A stretch of DNA of 64,000 nt. Source: an uncultured Gammaproteobacteria bacterium (lineage in GTDB: Bacteria > Patescibacteriota > Microgenomatia > Levybacterales > GWA1-39-11). Where the stretch lies: assembly GCA_964651815.1 (NCBI GenBank), contig CAZYWG010000006.1, positions 23,259 to 87,258 of the forward strand. The letters are read 5' to 3'. The translations under genes and the position numbers were made by a program. The notes beneath the pieces are model-generated. The model saw only the letters and a program-made list of their open reading frames with translations, was not told the origin of the DNA and made no database searches. Below, piece by piece: positions 27,064 to 37,133 of this stretch; the stretch's first letter is position 1; the number at the start of each line of letters is the position of its first letter.

Positions 27064-27534
27064 TTATTGCCCAAACTCACTGAGGTTTGGAACACAGAGG
27101 CTGAGAGGTGAAGCTCCAATCCCAAACGCAGTATTCACAACATTAACTAATATAAAAATAACAAATATCAACCCGAGGGTAATTAAACCTGCAAAAATAC
27201 GATTTTTTGCGCTCCGCGATTTTTGTTTATCTTTTCTGAATTTTATCCACATGAAAACGCCAGTTAAAATAAAGACTAAAGATGAAAGAGAAATAGCCGT
27301 TGCAAACACCTCAAATAAAAGATTTAAAACAGTGTATGTGAGAGAATAGTGATATACATTACATGGTGAAGAATGGCCACTCATTAACAAAGACAATAGA
27401 GACATGAGATAGAGAGGCAAAGTGATTACGGGTGTTATTGTAAACATATTTGTTTTTTTCCAAAAAACAAAAACAATAACCATGGTCAACAAAGCAAGCA
27501 ACCCGATAATAACCGCGGAATTTAAAGTTTCCAT
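27064..27534 (-). CDS. TrbC/VirB2-like pilin family protein (extra N-terminal TM segments)
   Basis: C-terminal hairpin FRKDKQKSRSAKNRIFAGLITLGLI. Ends ...VPNLSEFGQ, the same tail as the 4018..4431 pilin. Confidence 0.5.
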   Translation of the reverse strand: METLNSAVIIGLLALLTMVIVFVFWKKTNMFTITPVITLPLYLMSLLSLLMSGHSSPCNVYHYSLTYTVLNLLFEVFATAISLSSLVFILTGVFMWIKFRKDKQKSRSAKNRIFAGLITLGLIFVIFILVNVVNTAFGIGASPLSLCVPNLSEFGQ

Positions 27535-27595
27535 AACTTAAGATTACCAGTATTAAATTTTGCAATCAAGACGCTGTGATATAATCTTTCTACTA

Positions 27596-28165
27596 ATGAT
27601 TAGCTTCCTCAATGGTAATATAATAATCCGCGATGATCCGTTTTTAATAATAGATGTAAATGGTGTTGGTTATAAAGTATATGCAACCTCAGATTCACTC
27701 TCGGAAGCAACGGTCGGCTCTCCTCTTAAAATATTTATTTACACGCACGTTAGGGAAGATATTTTAGATCTTTATGGATTTTCAAAATATTCAGACCTTA
27801 AATTATTTGAATCTTTAATTAACGTGTCAGGAGTTGGCCCCAAAACCGCAATTGGAATTTTTTCAGTCGGGACGTCAGACCAGATTAAACAGGCTATCTT
27901 TGAAGGGAATGTCTCTTTTTTTACTTCAGTTCCACGGCTCGGCTCAAAGAATGCTCAGAAGATTATAATTGAACTCAAAAATAAAATTGGTGGAGAAGGA
28001 TTGGATCTAGCAGACGTGTCTGCATCAAATAGAAGTGAAGTCTCCTCTGCTCTTAAAACTTTTGGGTTTACAACGGGTGAGATTAATGATGCACTCAGAA
28101 ATATTGACGGGGCGGCAAAAGCAGAAGAGCAAATAAAACTCGCGCTCAAATATTTAGGTAAATAA
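27596..28165 (+). CDS. ruvA: Holliday junction DNA helicase RuvA
   Basis: [11 protein letters not shown]...DVNGVGYKV and HhH motifs [12 protein letters not shown]. An extended -10 tgaTATAAT (27577-27585) lies 10 nt upstream of the ATG. Confidence 0.85.
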   Translation: MISFLNGNIIIRDDPFLIIDVNGVGYKVYATSDSLSEATVGSPLKIFIYTHVREDILDLYGFSKYSDLKLFESLINVSGVGPKTAIGIFSVGTSDQIKQAIFEGNVSFFTSVPRLGSKNAQKIIIELKNKIGGEGLDLADVSASNRSEVSSALKTFGFTTGEINDALRNIDGAAKAEEQIKLALKYLGK

Positions 28166-29202
28166 TGGACGACAAAAAACTAAAAGCTAAGGTTACTGAC
28201 GAATCAACGACTCCCGAAGAGGAGGTAATTTTTACTTCCCTTCGTGTTTCTGACTGGGCTGATTTTGTGGGGCAAGAACAAGTTAAACGCTCAATTCAAA
28301 TAGGGATCTCAGCAGCCAAAAAAAGAAAAGAACCGCTTGAACATGTTTTGCTTTACGGGCCTCCCGGTCTTGGTAAAACTACCCTTTCTCATTTAATTGC
28401 AAAAGAAATGGGCGCAAATATAAGAATCACATCAGGGCCTGCAATTGAGCGCGCCGGAGATTTGGCATCAATCCTAACAAATCTAGAACCCGGAGACGTT
28501 TTATTTATAGATGAAATTCATCGTTTAAATAAAGTAGTTGAAGAGACGCTCTATCCTGCAATGGAAGACTATGCGCTAGATATTGTCATTGGAAAAGGGC
28601 CAAGTGCCCGTACAGTAAGGCTTGATCTACCCCACTTTACAATAGTTGGCGCAACAACTCGCGCCGGAATGCTCTCAGGCCCATTGCGCGACCGTTTTGG
28701 TGTAGTTCACCGTATGGTTTTTTACGCACCTCCGGATCTTGAGACAATTATTGAAAAAGCGGCCAAAAAATTGAAAGTAAAAATTGATAAAAAATCGATT
28801 GGTGAAATTGCAAAAAGAGCACGCGGTACTCCCCGTATTGCTCTCCGATTGCTGAAACGATCAAGAGATTACGCGGAAGTCCATGGGGATGGATCTATAA
28901 CTTTTGAAATTTCAGAGAAAGCTCTAAGCCTAATTGAAGTTGATTCGTTAGGGCTCGATAATTTGGACCACAGATATTTAAAGTCGATAATAGAAAAACA
29001 CGGCGGCGGACCTGTTGGTGTTGAAACAATTGCTGCGTCTCTTGCAGAAGATACTGGGACAATTGAGGAAATGGTAGAGCCATACCTTTTGCAAATCGGG
29101 TTTATAAAACGCACGAATCGCGGCCGTGTTGCAACACCGGAAAGTTATAAGCATTTGGGGATAAAACAAAAAGGGAAAAGCGATCAGCCGAGTCTCTTAT
29201 GA
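28165..29202 (+). CDS. ruvB: Holliday junction DNA helicase RuvB
   Basis: Walker [25 protein letters not shown] sensor motif. C-terminal winged helix. Confidence 0.9.
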   Translation: MDDKKLKAKVTDESTTPEEEVIFTSLRVSDWADFVGQEQVKRSIQIGISAAKKRKEPLEHVLLYGPPGLGKTTLSHLIAKEMGANIRITSGPAIERAGDLASILTNLEPGDVLFIDEIHRLNKVVEETLYPAMEDYALDIVIGKGPSARTVRLDLPHFTIVGATTRAGMLSGPLRDRFGVVHRMVFYAPPDLETIIEKAAKKLKVKIDKKSIGEIAKRARGTPRIALRLLKRSRDYAEVHGDGSITFEISEKALSLIEVDSLGLDNLDHRYLKSIIEKHGGGPVGVETIAASLAEDTGTIEEMVEPYLLQIGFIKRTNRGRVATPESYKHLGIKQKGKSDQPSLL

Positions 29203-29263
29203 GCTTGTATTCCCATCAAGCTACTTGACAATGTATAACAAAATTGTATAAAATCGTTATACT

Positions 29264-29509
29264 ATGCAATTAACAGTTGGCCCCAAATATCAAATAGTTA
29301 TTCCAAAAGAAGTCAGAAAAAAGCTTAATGGTTTAAAACCCGGCTCAAAAGTTATGGTTAAAAAGGTAGGCGCTGACACAATTATTATTCAAACAAACCC
29401 TAGAGACTGGATTGAGCGAACTCGTGGTATTGCTAAAGAAGCATGGAAGGGAATAAACACAACTAAATATTTGGAGGACTTAAGAAATGAATGGGATAGG
29501 AAGGCTTAA
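29264..29509 (+). CDS. vapB: AbrB/MazE/SpoVT-type antitoxin (VapB-like)
   Basis: 81 aa. N-terminus LTVGPKYQIVIPKEVRKKLNGLKPGSKVMV (swapped-hairpin style). Overlaps the PIN gene by 23 nt. A TTGACA(29225)-16-TATAAA(29247) promoter with tgtataa direct repeats lies upstream. Confidence 0.6.
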   Translation: MQLTVGPKYQIVIPKEVRKKLNGLKPGSKVMVKKVGADTIIIQTNPRDWIERTRGIAKEAWKGINTTKYLEDLRNEWDRKA

Positions 29510-29909
29510 AATAGTTGGCTTAGATAGCAATATCTTCATTTATCAATTTGAAGATAATCCCGATTTTATTAAATTTACAGACTTAATTTTTAAAGACTTA
29601 GCCAATAATAAGAAGAAAGCGGTAACGAGTATAATTAGCGTGATTGAAGCACTTTCTTACCCCTCTCTGCCAAACGTGCTTGAGTCAATTGAAGATGCGT
29701 TCCAGTCTTTCCCAAATCTTAAAATATTTGGCATCGATAATGAAATTGCAAAAGATACAGCGAGAATTAGGAGAGAATATAAATATCGTTTGCCAGACGC
29801 TGTCCAACTAGCAACAGCAATACAAGGAAGAGCTCAAGCATTTATTACAAACGACAATAGGCTCAAAAAATTTAAGGAACTCAAAATTGTATTGCTTAAA
29901 GAAATCTAA
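29487..29909 (+). CDS. vapC: PIN-domain ribonuclease toxin (VapC-like)
   Basis: Acidic PIN residues in GLDSNIFIY, ...IEAL..., PDAVQLATAI and FITNDNRL. An 11-bp perfect hairpin (29917-29943) lies just after the stop. Confidence 0.7.
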   Translation: MNGIGRLKIVGLDSNIFIYQFEDNPDFIKFTDLIFKDLANNKKKAVTSIISVIEALSYPSLPNVLESIEDAFQSFPNLKIFGIDNEIAKDTARIRREYKYRLPDAVQLATAIQGRAQAFITNDNRLKKFKELKIVLLKEI

Positions 29910-30039
29910 ATAAAGAAATATTCAAAGAGATTGAATATTTCTAACTCCAGTAAAACAAAAAGGGAAAAATGACCAACAGCCCTTGTTATAAGTCCAAACA
30001 GCATTGTATTTAAGAAAATTAGTGTTATAATTCTCCTCA

Positions 30040-30615
30040 ATGATAAGAGGCGTAGAACAGCAACAAACCCAAGTACCTGATGGTTGGAAAAATATTAATC
30101 CAATTGTAAGTAGACGCAGAATTCTCGGTTTAGGTGGTGGCACTGTTACAGCTCTCTTTCTTGCATCTTGTGGAGAAGCCGAACGCGATCCTACACCTAC
30201 TACAAAGTTTAAAGCATTGAGTACAAATCCTACAGTAGATTCATATTCAGGCTTTAGAGCAAGATACAAAAAGAAAGGTGAGGTATCTTTAGAGCAGCAA
30301 CCAATACGCGAAACATTTTTAGCAAATGGGAAGGAAATAGTTTTAGATTCAGACAAACAAACCTACATTTTCTTGCAATACAAAAATCTAGGTGATAAAA
30401 AAAATCCAAGAATAGTTCCAGCATTAAACATTGATGGTTCGGATAATGATAATGTTTATATTCTTCAGACAACTCCGGATCCAGACGGTAATATTGACAC
30501 AGATTTTATAGAAATCGATACTGGCTCAGGTAATAAATTGCAAGAAAGATATGTAAAAGTTACGCAGATACCTGAAACCAATAGTTTTAAAGTGACTGAG
30601 CTTAAGGCAAAATAA
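30040..30615 (+). CDS. Putative lipoprotein with a Tat-like signal (SRRRILGLGGG...LASCGE)
   Basis: Twin-arginine-like motif followed by a hydrophobic stretch and an LASC lipobox. Confidence 0.4.
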   Translation: MIRGVEQQQTQVPDGWKNINPIVSRRRILGLGGGTVTALFLASCGEAERDPTPTTKFKALSTNPTVDSYSGFRARYKKKGEVSLEQQPIRETFLANGKEIVLDSDKQTYIFLQYKNLGDKKNPRIVPALNIDGSDNDNVYILQTTPDPDGNIDTDFIEIDTGSGNKLQERYVKVTQIPETNSFKVTELKAK

Positions 30616-30681
30616 ATCCCCGAAAAGAAATCCCTTGACATAAAATTAGCACCCGCATCTACAGACAGCATACTAATTAAT

Positions 30682-32385
30682 TTAGTAGTAAATATTGATA
30701 TTCCCCCGGTAGTTAACGGGGCACTCAAAACTATTCTCGAGGCAATTGATAGAACGGGTGTTAATTGGTGCCAAGTCTCCCCGCGCGCAATCACCTTTTT
30801 GTATATGTGATTCATTATCCATTATTGATGAGCTGGATGCATAGGAAATCACACGGTTTGGTAAAAAAAACTCTTCTTGCTCAAGAACACTGTGGTCATT
30901 CGTATGCAAGAGATTATCCGGCGAGACAAAGATGCAAAAGCCAGGATTATCAGGATATAGATTAGGGTTAGATTTTATAAAATTAAACGATTGCGTCAAA
31001 ACGTAGTTCTCCATGGTAAAGGGCCGGTTGGCTATTTGGAATATAAAAAAGTTGACAGTTTGGAATGCAAGATAAATAAGGATAAATGCAGAAAACGCTA
31101 TTTTAAGTTTGCGCTTCCTGAAGATGTCTATAAAAAATACAATTCCGAGTCCCGCAAATACTGAAGCTATAGAAAAAAGGGGGCTCAATCTATGGTCGGC
31201 GTTTATTAAATCAGTAATTGTACTATTGAAAAATGGCAAAATAAGTAATATCGCAATCAAGAAATTTAAAAAAGGCCTTTTTAAAATAAACAAGGCGTAT
31301 CCCACTCCAGTTATAAAGAAAATAGCAATAAGGGGAGAAAAAATCGGCTTCCATTCAGGATAAAAATATGAAGCAGGTTCATAAACGTAGGCCATAACAG
31401 ACTTAATATAATTTTGTTTAAGTGTTTCGATATTATGTAAAGTTGGCAATGTCACAGTTGTGAGATTTTCTTCATAAGTAAATCTGCTTGTATGGAAAAA
31501 ATCCTGAGTTGTTGTAGATAACAAGCGGGGCCCAAAACCAACCACTGTAAACATCACTAAGAAAACAATACTAAGAAGCGCCCTTTGTACTTGGGATTTT
31601 GATGTTTTTGCAAACGTTAACAGAATAGTTGCAGCAAGAATTAACAAACCAAAACTTCTAATTGCGGCGTGAAAGCCAAGGGAAAAACCTATAACCGCGC
31701 CCAAAAATACATAATCAATATAACGCATCCTTTTAGCTAGAATGTATAGTGGTATCAAGATTACGGGCACCCAGAAAAAATTGAAAGCAACAACTACTTG
31801 TGTGCGCGCAAAAAACATATGGAGAGGAAGTGTTGCGAGAATTAGCGCGCTCCAGAAAGCCACCTTTTTGTCGAGCGTAACACGTACAAGGAAGTATATT
31901 AGGATAACATCAATGGTCGAAAGAAGTGCAGCTGGGAATCTATACGTCAAAACACTGGCGTGAAAGATGTGATAAAAAAACCCAGAAATTACTGGGATAA
32001 TAAGTCCGTGTGCATCATAAGCTCCATATCCAAATATGTTTCTTATGGTGCCATCCATTATGCGTACTGCATATAATCCCCCATCACGAAGCTCATCAGA
32101 CAAGGAGACAAAAGGATATTGCGAAAGAAGAAAAAAGTTAACAATCTCAGCGATTATTATGATGACTATGATGGGCTGAATCTCCGCAGCTTTGACTTTT
32201 CTGATCTCAACTCTAAAATCAAACGTTTTAAAGTACAGAAAACAAAGCACGAGAAGTGAAATTATATGCAGCCAGAAAGTATACCAACGGAAAATAAAAT
32301 ACGTATCAATAGCACCCAGCGCAATCGACAAGACGTATAATCCCACACTAATTTCTATTAGAGTTTTAATAAGTTTTTTACTCAC
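30682..32385 (-). CDS. GT-C family membrane glycosyltransferase (GT39/PMT_2/ArnT-like)
   Basis: 567 aa with about 12 TM helices and a C-terminal soluble domain. Resembles the glycosyltransferase family 39 proteins common in Patescibacteria. Confidence 0.5.
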   Translation of the reverse strand: MSKKLIKTLIEISVGLYVLSIALGAIDTYFIFRWYTFWLHIISLLVLCFLYFKTFDFRVEIRKVKAAEIQPIIVIIIIAEIVNFFLLSQYPFVSLSDELRDGGLYAVRIMDGTIRNIFGYGAYDAHGLIIPVISGFFYHIFHASVLTYRFPAALLSTIDVILIYFLVRVTLDKKVAFWSALILATLPLHMFFARTQVVVAFNFFWVPVILIPLYILAKRMRYIDYVFLGAVIGFSLGFHAAIRSFGLLILAATILLTFAKTSKSQVQRALLSIVFLVMFTVVGFGPRLLSTTTQDFFHTSRFTYEENLTTVTLPTLHNIETLKQNYIKSVMAYVYEPASYFYPEWKPIFSPLIAIFFITGVGYALFILKRPFLNFLIAILLILPFFNSTITDLINADHRLSPLFSIASVFAGLGIVFFIDIFRKRKLKIAFSAFILIYLAFQTVNFFIFQIANRPFTMENYVLTQSFNFIKSNPNLYPDNPGFCIFVSPDNLLHTNDHSVLEQEEFFLPNRVISYASSSSIMDNESHIQKGDCARGDLAPINTRSINCLENSFECPVNYRGNINIYY

Positions 32386-32474
32386 AACTTATCATATACA
32401 TAAAACAAAAAAAGATAAAACTATATTTTGGTGACATTGGGGAACTTCAAACGTTATAATTGAGAAAGTTAAGG

Positions 32475-33224
32475 TTACACTACAAATTCCGCAAACATTG
32501 GATAATGGTCTGAGAACTTAATTCTTTCTGATTTAATGCTTTTTATCTCGCAATTTCTTGTAAATACGTAGTCTGTTTGGTGTGGAATTCTCCATTTTCT
32601 ATGAGTAATTACTCTTTTTTTATTACCTATTTCAAAACCGTGTTTGGCCATAAAACGTATTAAACCGCCGCGTCCTATAAGGCTTGAATAGTTATAGTCT
32701 CCTACAATAAGCGTTGGAATATCTAAAAAATTCAGAAGTCTTAGCGCTTCTATTGCCATTTCAAGCTGTTTTCGTCTCCTCCCATTTAGAGCCTGTGGTA
32801 AAAGATGGACGTTCACAACAATAAAAAGCTTTTTATCGAATTTAAAAACAGTGAGCAAGCTTCTCCATTTTGAGTTATGTCTTGAAATGAGTTTTGCAAG
32901 GATACTTGTCCCAAGATCCACAATTTGTGAGAAAACAAGGCTAATTTTTGCTTTATTGTATGCTGTAAGTTGTCCATATGTTACCCCCTTTTTTGTAAAA
33001 GAAGGCGCAAATTTATAGGAATATCCATGGAGGTCAAGGACTTTTTTGAAAGTTGGGAGCCTTCTATTGGGAATTTCTTGAAGACAGAGAATATCGGGTT
33101 TTGGATTAAGCTTCATAATCCACTCCCCTGCTTCGTCAAGCTTTTTTCCCCACGCAATATTATAAGAGATAAGTTCTAGTATGCGTAAATTATACCAAAT
33201 TTGACTTGTAGTTTTCTTTTTCAT
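32475..33224 (-). CDS. Endonuclease/exonuclease/phosphatase (EEP) family protein
   Basis: ILCLQEIPN, LIVGDYNYS, and SDHYPMFAEF at the C-terminus. Confidence 0.7.
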   Translation of the reverse strand: MKKKTTSQIWYNLRILELISYNIAWGKKLDEAGEWIMKLNPKPDILCLQEIPNRRLPTFKKVLDLHGYSYKFAPSFTKKGVTYGQLTAYNKAKISLVFSQIVDLGTSILAKLISRHNSKWRSLLTVFKFDKKLFIVVNVHLLPQALNGRRRKQLEMAIEALRLLNFLDIPTLIVGDYNYSSLIGRGGLIRFMAKHGFEIGNKKRVITHRKWRIPHQTDYVFTRNCEIKSIKSERIKFSDHYPMFAEFVV

Positions 33225-33235
33225 AAAGTTTTAGT

Positions 33236-33922
33236 ATGGACGACCATTTTTTAACTCGTGAAAAACTCCTATCTGTACATAAACACCCGAATTTTAAATG
33301 GATAATTTTCTTTTTTGGGATAATCATTTTTTGTGATCTTTTATTTTTAAATTACAAACTCCTTAATGAACCAAAAAATATTTCGACGAATGTTTCAAAA
33401 CAAGTAAATTCAGACAAACAAGCAAATGATCAAGGTGTAAGTGTTACAAAACAAGAGGACACTTGTGGAGCTATTTGCATGAGTGAAATTAATAAGGCAA
33501 TTTCTACGCTTTCATCGCAAAAAACCTCGCAAGACCATGTATCCACAAACCCAACAGCTAAAGAATATTTTATTCCTTTTGGGACAGGCGCCATATCTTC
33601 AACCGACTGGCAGGATGTCCCAGGACTCCAAGCAACAATTAATGGGAGTTCATACGGCGTGATTAAGAGCGCGACTTTTGAAGTTTCAATCCATGTGCCA
33701 ACCGGAAATGAAACAGCTGAAGTCCAATTATTTAATGTAACAGCAGGGCATCCAGTTTGGTTTTCAGACTTAATTTTTTCGGGCGGTTCTACACCGCAAT
33801 TTTTAACTTCACCACCGGTTACACTTGACCCTGGAAGCAATTCATATAAGGTTCAAATGAAAACGCAGCTTGGATATTCTGCAAATCTTGATCAAGCTCG
33901 CGTACATATAACCACAAACTAA
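33236..33922 (+). CDS. Membrane-anchored hypothetical protein
   Basis: N-terminal TM WIIFFFGIIIFCDLLFL followed by a likely extracytoplasmic beta-rich domain. Confidence 0.4.
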   Translation: MDDHFLTREKLLSVHKHPNFKWIIFFFGIIIFCDLLFLNYKLLNEPKNISTNVSKQVNSDKQANDQGVSVTKQEDTCGAICMSEINKAISTLSSQKTSQDHVSTNPTAKEYFIPFGTGAISSTDWQDVPGLQATINGSSYGVIKSATFEVSIHVPTGNETAEVQLFNVTAGHPVWFSDLIFSGGSTPQFLTSPPVTLDPGSNSYKVQMKTQLGYSANLDQARVHITTN

Positions 33923-33979
33923 TTTCAAATACTTGATGATATTTTTAACCCTTGATTCTTAATTCGTAATTCATTATTC

Positions 33980-34519
33980 TTGTATCAAATGGAAACGGCA
34001 ACTTTTGCAGGGGGATGTTTTTGGTGCACAGAGGCAATTTTTCAAAGGTTGAAAGGTATTGAGTCTATCATGCCCGGTTATTCTGGTGGAGACGTAGATA
34101 ACCCATCTTACGAGCAAGTTTCAGAAGGAACAACAGGACATGCGGAAGCAATTCAAATAGTTTTTAACCCTGAAATAATTTCCTTCGAAAAATTAGTGGA
34201 AATCTTTTTTCATCTTCATGATCCCACTACGCTAAATCAGCAAGGAAATGACGTTGGTACCCAGTATCGCTCGGCAATTTTTTATCATTCAGACGCACAA
34301 AAAGAGACAGCCCTGAAAATCCGCCAAAAAATAGAAGACGAGAATGTTTATAAAAATCACATTGTTACAGAAATTGTTGAGTTTAAGAATTTTTATAAAG
34401 CTGAAGATTATCACAAGAATTACTACAATAACAATCGAGAGGGAGGCTACTGCCGCGTAGTAATAGACCCTAAAATAAAAAAATTGCTTCGTGAATTTGC
34501 CACGGAAGTGAAAGAATAA
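33980..34519 (+). CDS. msrA: Peptide methionine sulfoxide reductase MsrA
   Basis: ATFAGGCFWCTEAIF active-site motif. Confidence 0.85.
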   Translation: MYQMETATFAGGCFWCTEAIFQRLKGIESIMPGYSGGDVDNPSYEQVSEGTTGHAEAIQIVFNPEIISFEKLVEIFFHLHDPTTLNQQGNDVGTQYRSAIFYHSDAQKETALKIRQKIEDENVYKNHIVTEIVEFKNFYKAEDYHKNYYNNNREGGYCRVVIDPKIKKLLREFATEVKE

Positions 34520-34520
34520 G

Positions 34521-34551
34521 AAAACTCCGGAAATTTCTTCCCGGAGTTTTT
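34521..34551. terminator. Bidirectional rho-independent terminator between convergent msrA and 34570..35076
   Basis: Perfect 10-bp stem aaaactccgg / ccggagtttt with a 10-nt loop, flanked by T runs. Confidence 0.6.
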
Positions 34552-34569
34552 AAATTTACGTTTAAAAAT

Positions 34570-35076
34570 TTAATACCCTTGATTTGATGTAGGATTAGGA
34601 TTTGTAGAACCTTGTGTTCCGCTTGGCCGCACTCCGCGCATCATCTGTGGATTAATCGAAACGTTTTGAGCCGTGACGCTACCATCAGAATTAGATGTGC
34701 CAAAAACCGCTACATTTGTGCCTGTAGTCAAGTCACTTTTTGATGCAGTAGCCGTTTTGTTAATCATAGTTGATGATGATAGAACCACTATTTTAGTACT
34801 TCCATCAGTCATCTTAACAGTCAAGCTATTGTTGTCTAGCGAGACAATTTGCCCAATAACAGGCCTGTTGGTAGTATTTGCACCGCCAAAACCGCGCCCT
34901 CCAAATCTCATCATGCCTCCGGGTCCGTTCGCGCCCGCGCCGTTTAAACCCGCAAAACTTGGTGTTTGCATTTTTTGATATTGCATTCCGCCAAAAATAC
35001 CTATTGCTAGCGCAACAATTGCAACGATTATGATAACAAGTAAGTTATTCTTTGAACCGTTTTTTTCATTTGCCAT
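34570..35076 (-). CDS. Gly-rich membrane-anchored hypothetical protein
   Basis: N-terminal TM, then a GANGPGGMMRFGGRGFGG low-complexity region. Confidence 0.4.
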   Translation of the reverse strand: MANEKNGSKNNLLVIIIVAIVALAIGIFGGMQYQKMQTPSFAGLNGAGANGPGGMMRFGGRGFGGANTTNRPVIGQIVSLDNNSLTVKMTDGSTKIVVLSSSTMINKTATASKSDLTTGTNVAVFGTSNSDGSVTAQNVSINPQMMRGVRPSGTQGSTNPNPTSNQGY

Positions 35077-35208
35077 AAATTTTAATCACCACCTTTCAAA
35101 ATAAATTTCAAGATCTAAATTGCAAATCCCAAACCAATTTTTAATATTTAAGTATTAAATCTTTAAATATTTACTTGGTGTTTGATATTTGGTTTTTGTT
35201 GCTTAAAT

Positions 35209-36429
35209 TTATTCATATCTAAGAGCCTCAATTGGACTAAGGCTTGCGGCCTTGCGAGCTGGATACCAACCAAATAGAATTCCAATTCCACCAGAAACGC
35301 CAAAAGCCAAAAGTATTGATTCAAATGACAAAACAAATGGGAGGCTAATTAGTGACGAGATAGTAAATGAAATGATAATTCCAAGTATCATTCCAAGAAG
35401 ACCGCCTGCGAAAGTCAAAATTACAGCCTCAACAAGAAATTGCGAAATAATCGTGTTGTTTTTTGCGCCTAGTGCTTTTCTTAAGCCTATCTCACGTGTC
35501 CTTTCGGTAACTGTGACGAGCATTATATTCATAATTCCAATCCCTCCAACTAAAAGAGAAATTGCCGCGATTCCTGAGAGAAGAGCCGTGAATGTTCCAG
35601 TTACGGAAGACGCTGCTCCCAGGATGTCGCTTTGCGAAAGAATTGAAAAGTCGGCTTTAGTTGGATCGGAAAGTTTATGCCGTGCAAGTAGCAAATATCC
35701 AACCTGATTTTCAGCGTCAGTCATAACATCCTGTCCTTTTGCGGCAACTGCAATATTTGAAAGATAATCCTGTCCAAAGACCTGCTTTTGAGCCGTCAAA
35801 AGTGGAATATATATAGAGTCATCCGGATTCTGAAATCCGCTTCCGCCTTTTGAGGCAGTTATGCCAACCACCCGGAAGGCAAGTTTGTTAATCCGAATTG
35901 TTTGACCAAGAGGATCAGACCCGTTAAATAGGTCGGATACAACTTGCGGCCCGATAACAGCAATTTTCGCGAGCGCCTGATTGTCTTGAGAAGTTATAAA
36001 CACGCCCTCAGAAAGCGTTACATTGTGAACAGTTGCATACGAGTCGATAGCCCCAATGACAGTAATATTTGTATTACTTCCAGCAGCAGATACTTGTGCT
36101 CGGCGCGACATTTCTGGAGAAACAGCTTTGACGTCTGTCACTTGGGTAGATGTTGAAAGCGCTTTCGCGTCATCATAAGTTAAAGTTTGATTAGAACCTG
36201 CACCCGCATTTATTCCACCCGTTGTTTGCGCGCCCGGTAAAATTGTCAAAAGGTTTGATCCTAGAGACTCGATTTGAGAAGAAACTTGTTTTTGGCTTGA
36301 TTGGCCTAAAGAAACGAGCGCAATAACGGAACCAATTCCAATGATTATTCCAAGAGTCGCAAGAGTAGTCCTTAACTTGTTTAGGCTTAGTGCTTCAAGT
36401 GCTGACAATATTAACTCATTAAAATCCAT
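35209..36429 (-). CDS. ABC transporter permease, FtsX/MacB family
   Basis: N-terminal TM, large extracytoplasmic domain, and a C-terminal FtsX-like four-TM bundle. Confidence 0.8.
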   Translation of the reverse strand: MDFNELILSALEALSLNKLRTTLATLGIIIGIGSVIALVSLGQSSQKQVSSQIESLGSNLLTILPGAQTTGGINAGAGSNQTLTYDDAKALSTSTQVTDVKAVSPEMSRRAQVSAAGSNTNITVIGAIDSYATVHNVTLSEGVFITSQDNQALAKIAVIGPQVVSDLFNGSDPLGQTIRINKLAFRVVGITASKGGSGFQNPDDSIYIPLLTAQKQVFGQDYLSNIAVAAKGQDVMTDAENQVGYLLLARHKLSDPTKADFSILSQSDILGAASSVTGTFTALLSGIAAISLLVGGIGIMNIMLVTVTERTREIGLRKALGAKNNTIISQFLVEAVILTFAGGLLGMILGIIISFTISSLISLPFVLSFESILLAFGVSGGIGILFGWYPARKAASLSPIEALRYE

Positions 36430-36437
36430 ATTTCTTT

Positions 36438-37127
36438 TTATTTTTTGCCGTTTTTCTTATCGGAAATTATTTTGCCATCTTTAAAGGTTATTATCCTTTT
36501 TGCGTTTTCCGCAATATCAGGCTCATGGGTAATCATGATAATAGTGTGTCCATCACTGTTTAATTTCTTGAAAATTCCCATTATTTCTTCTCCTTGCGCA
36601 CTTGCCAAGTTTCCCGTAGGCTCATCTGCCAAAAGCAACGCCGGGTTCATTACAAGAGAGCGTGCTATTGCAACTCTTTGCATTTGTCCACCAGAAAGTT
36701 GATTGGTTTTATGTGTGATACGGTCGCCAAGACCTACGAGCTCAAGATATTTTTTGGCCACCTCTTCTCTTTTTTCCTTGTGGATTCCGGCATAAACCAT
36801 AGGAAGCATTACGTTTTTTAATGCGCTTGTCCTGGGGAGTAGATTAAAAGCCTGGAAAACAAATCCTATTTTCCTATTTCTTATGTCGGCAAGTGCATCT
36901 TGTGTTAGTTTTGAAACATCCTCTCCATCAAGCGTATATGTTCCTGAAGTTGGTGTATCAAGTGCGCCAAGCATATGCATTAATGTGGATTTTCCACTTC
37001 CAGAAGGCCCCATTATGGCAACAAATTCGCCCTTCTGAACACTAAAAGAAACGTCTGACAAAGCAGCCGTTTCAGTTGTTCCGGTAGTGTATGTTTTTGT
37101 AAGGTGGGATACATGAATTAATGTCAT
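36438..37127 (-). CDS. ABC transporter ATP-binding protein (MacB/LolD-type)
   Basis: Walker A GPSGSGKST, signature LSGGQMQRVAIARSL, Walker B LLLADEPTGNL. Confidence 0.85.
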   Translation of the reverse strand: MTLIHVSHLTKTYTTGTTETAALSDVSFSVQKGEFVAIMGPSGSGKSTLMHMLGALDTPTSGTYTLDGEDVSKLTQDALADIRNRKIGFVFQAFNLLPRTSALKNVMLPMVYAGIHKEKREEVAKKYLELVGLGDRITHKTNQLSGGQMQRVAIARSLVMNPALLLADEPTGNLASAQGEEIMGIFKKLNSDGHTIIMITHEPDIAENAKRIITFKDGKIISDKKNGKK

Positions 37128-37133
37128 ACATAT

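Noticed and set aside
29922-30356. Minus-strand 144-aa ORF overlapping the Tat-like lipoprotein gene
   Set aside because: The Cys/Trp-rich odd-composition translation overlaps a plausible plus-strand gene. Judged spurious.
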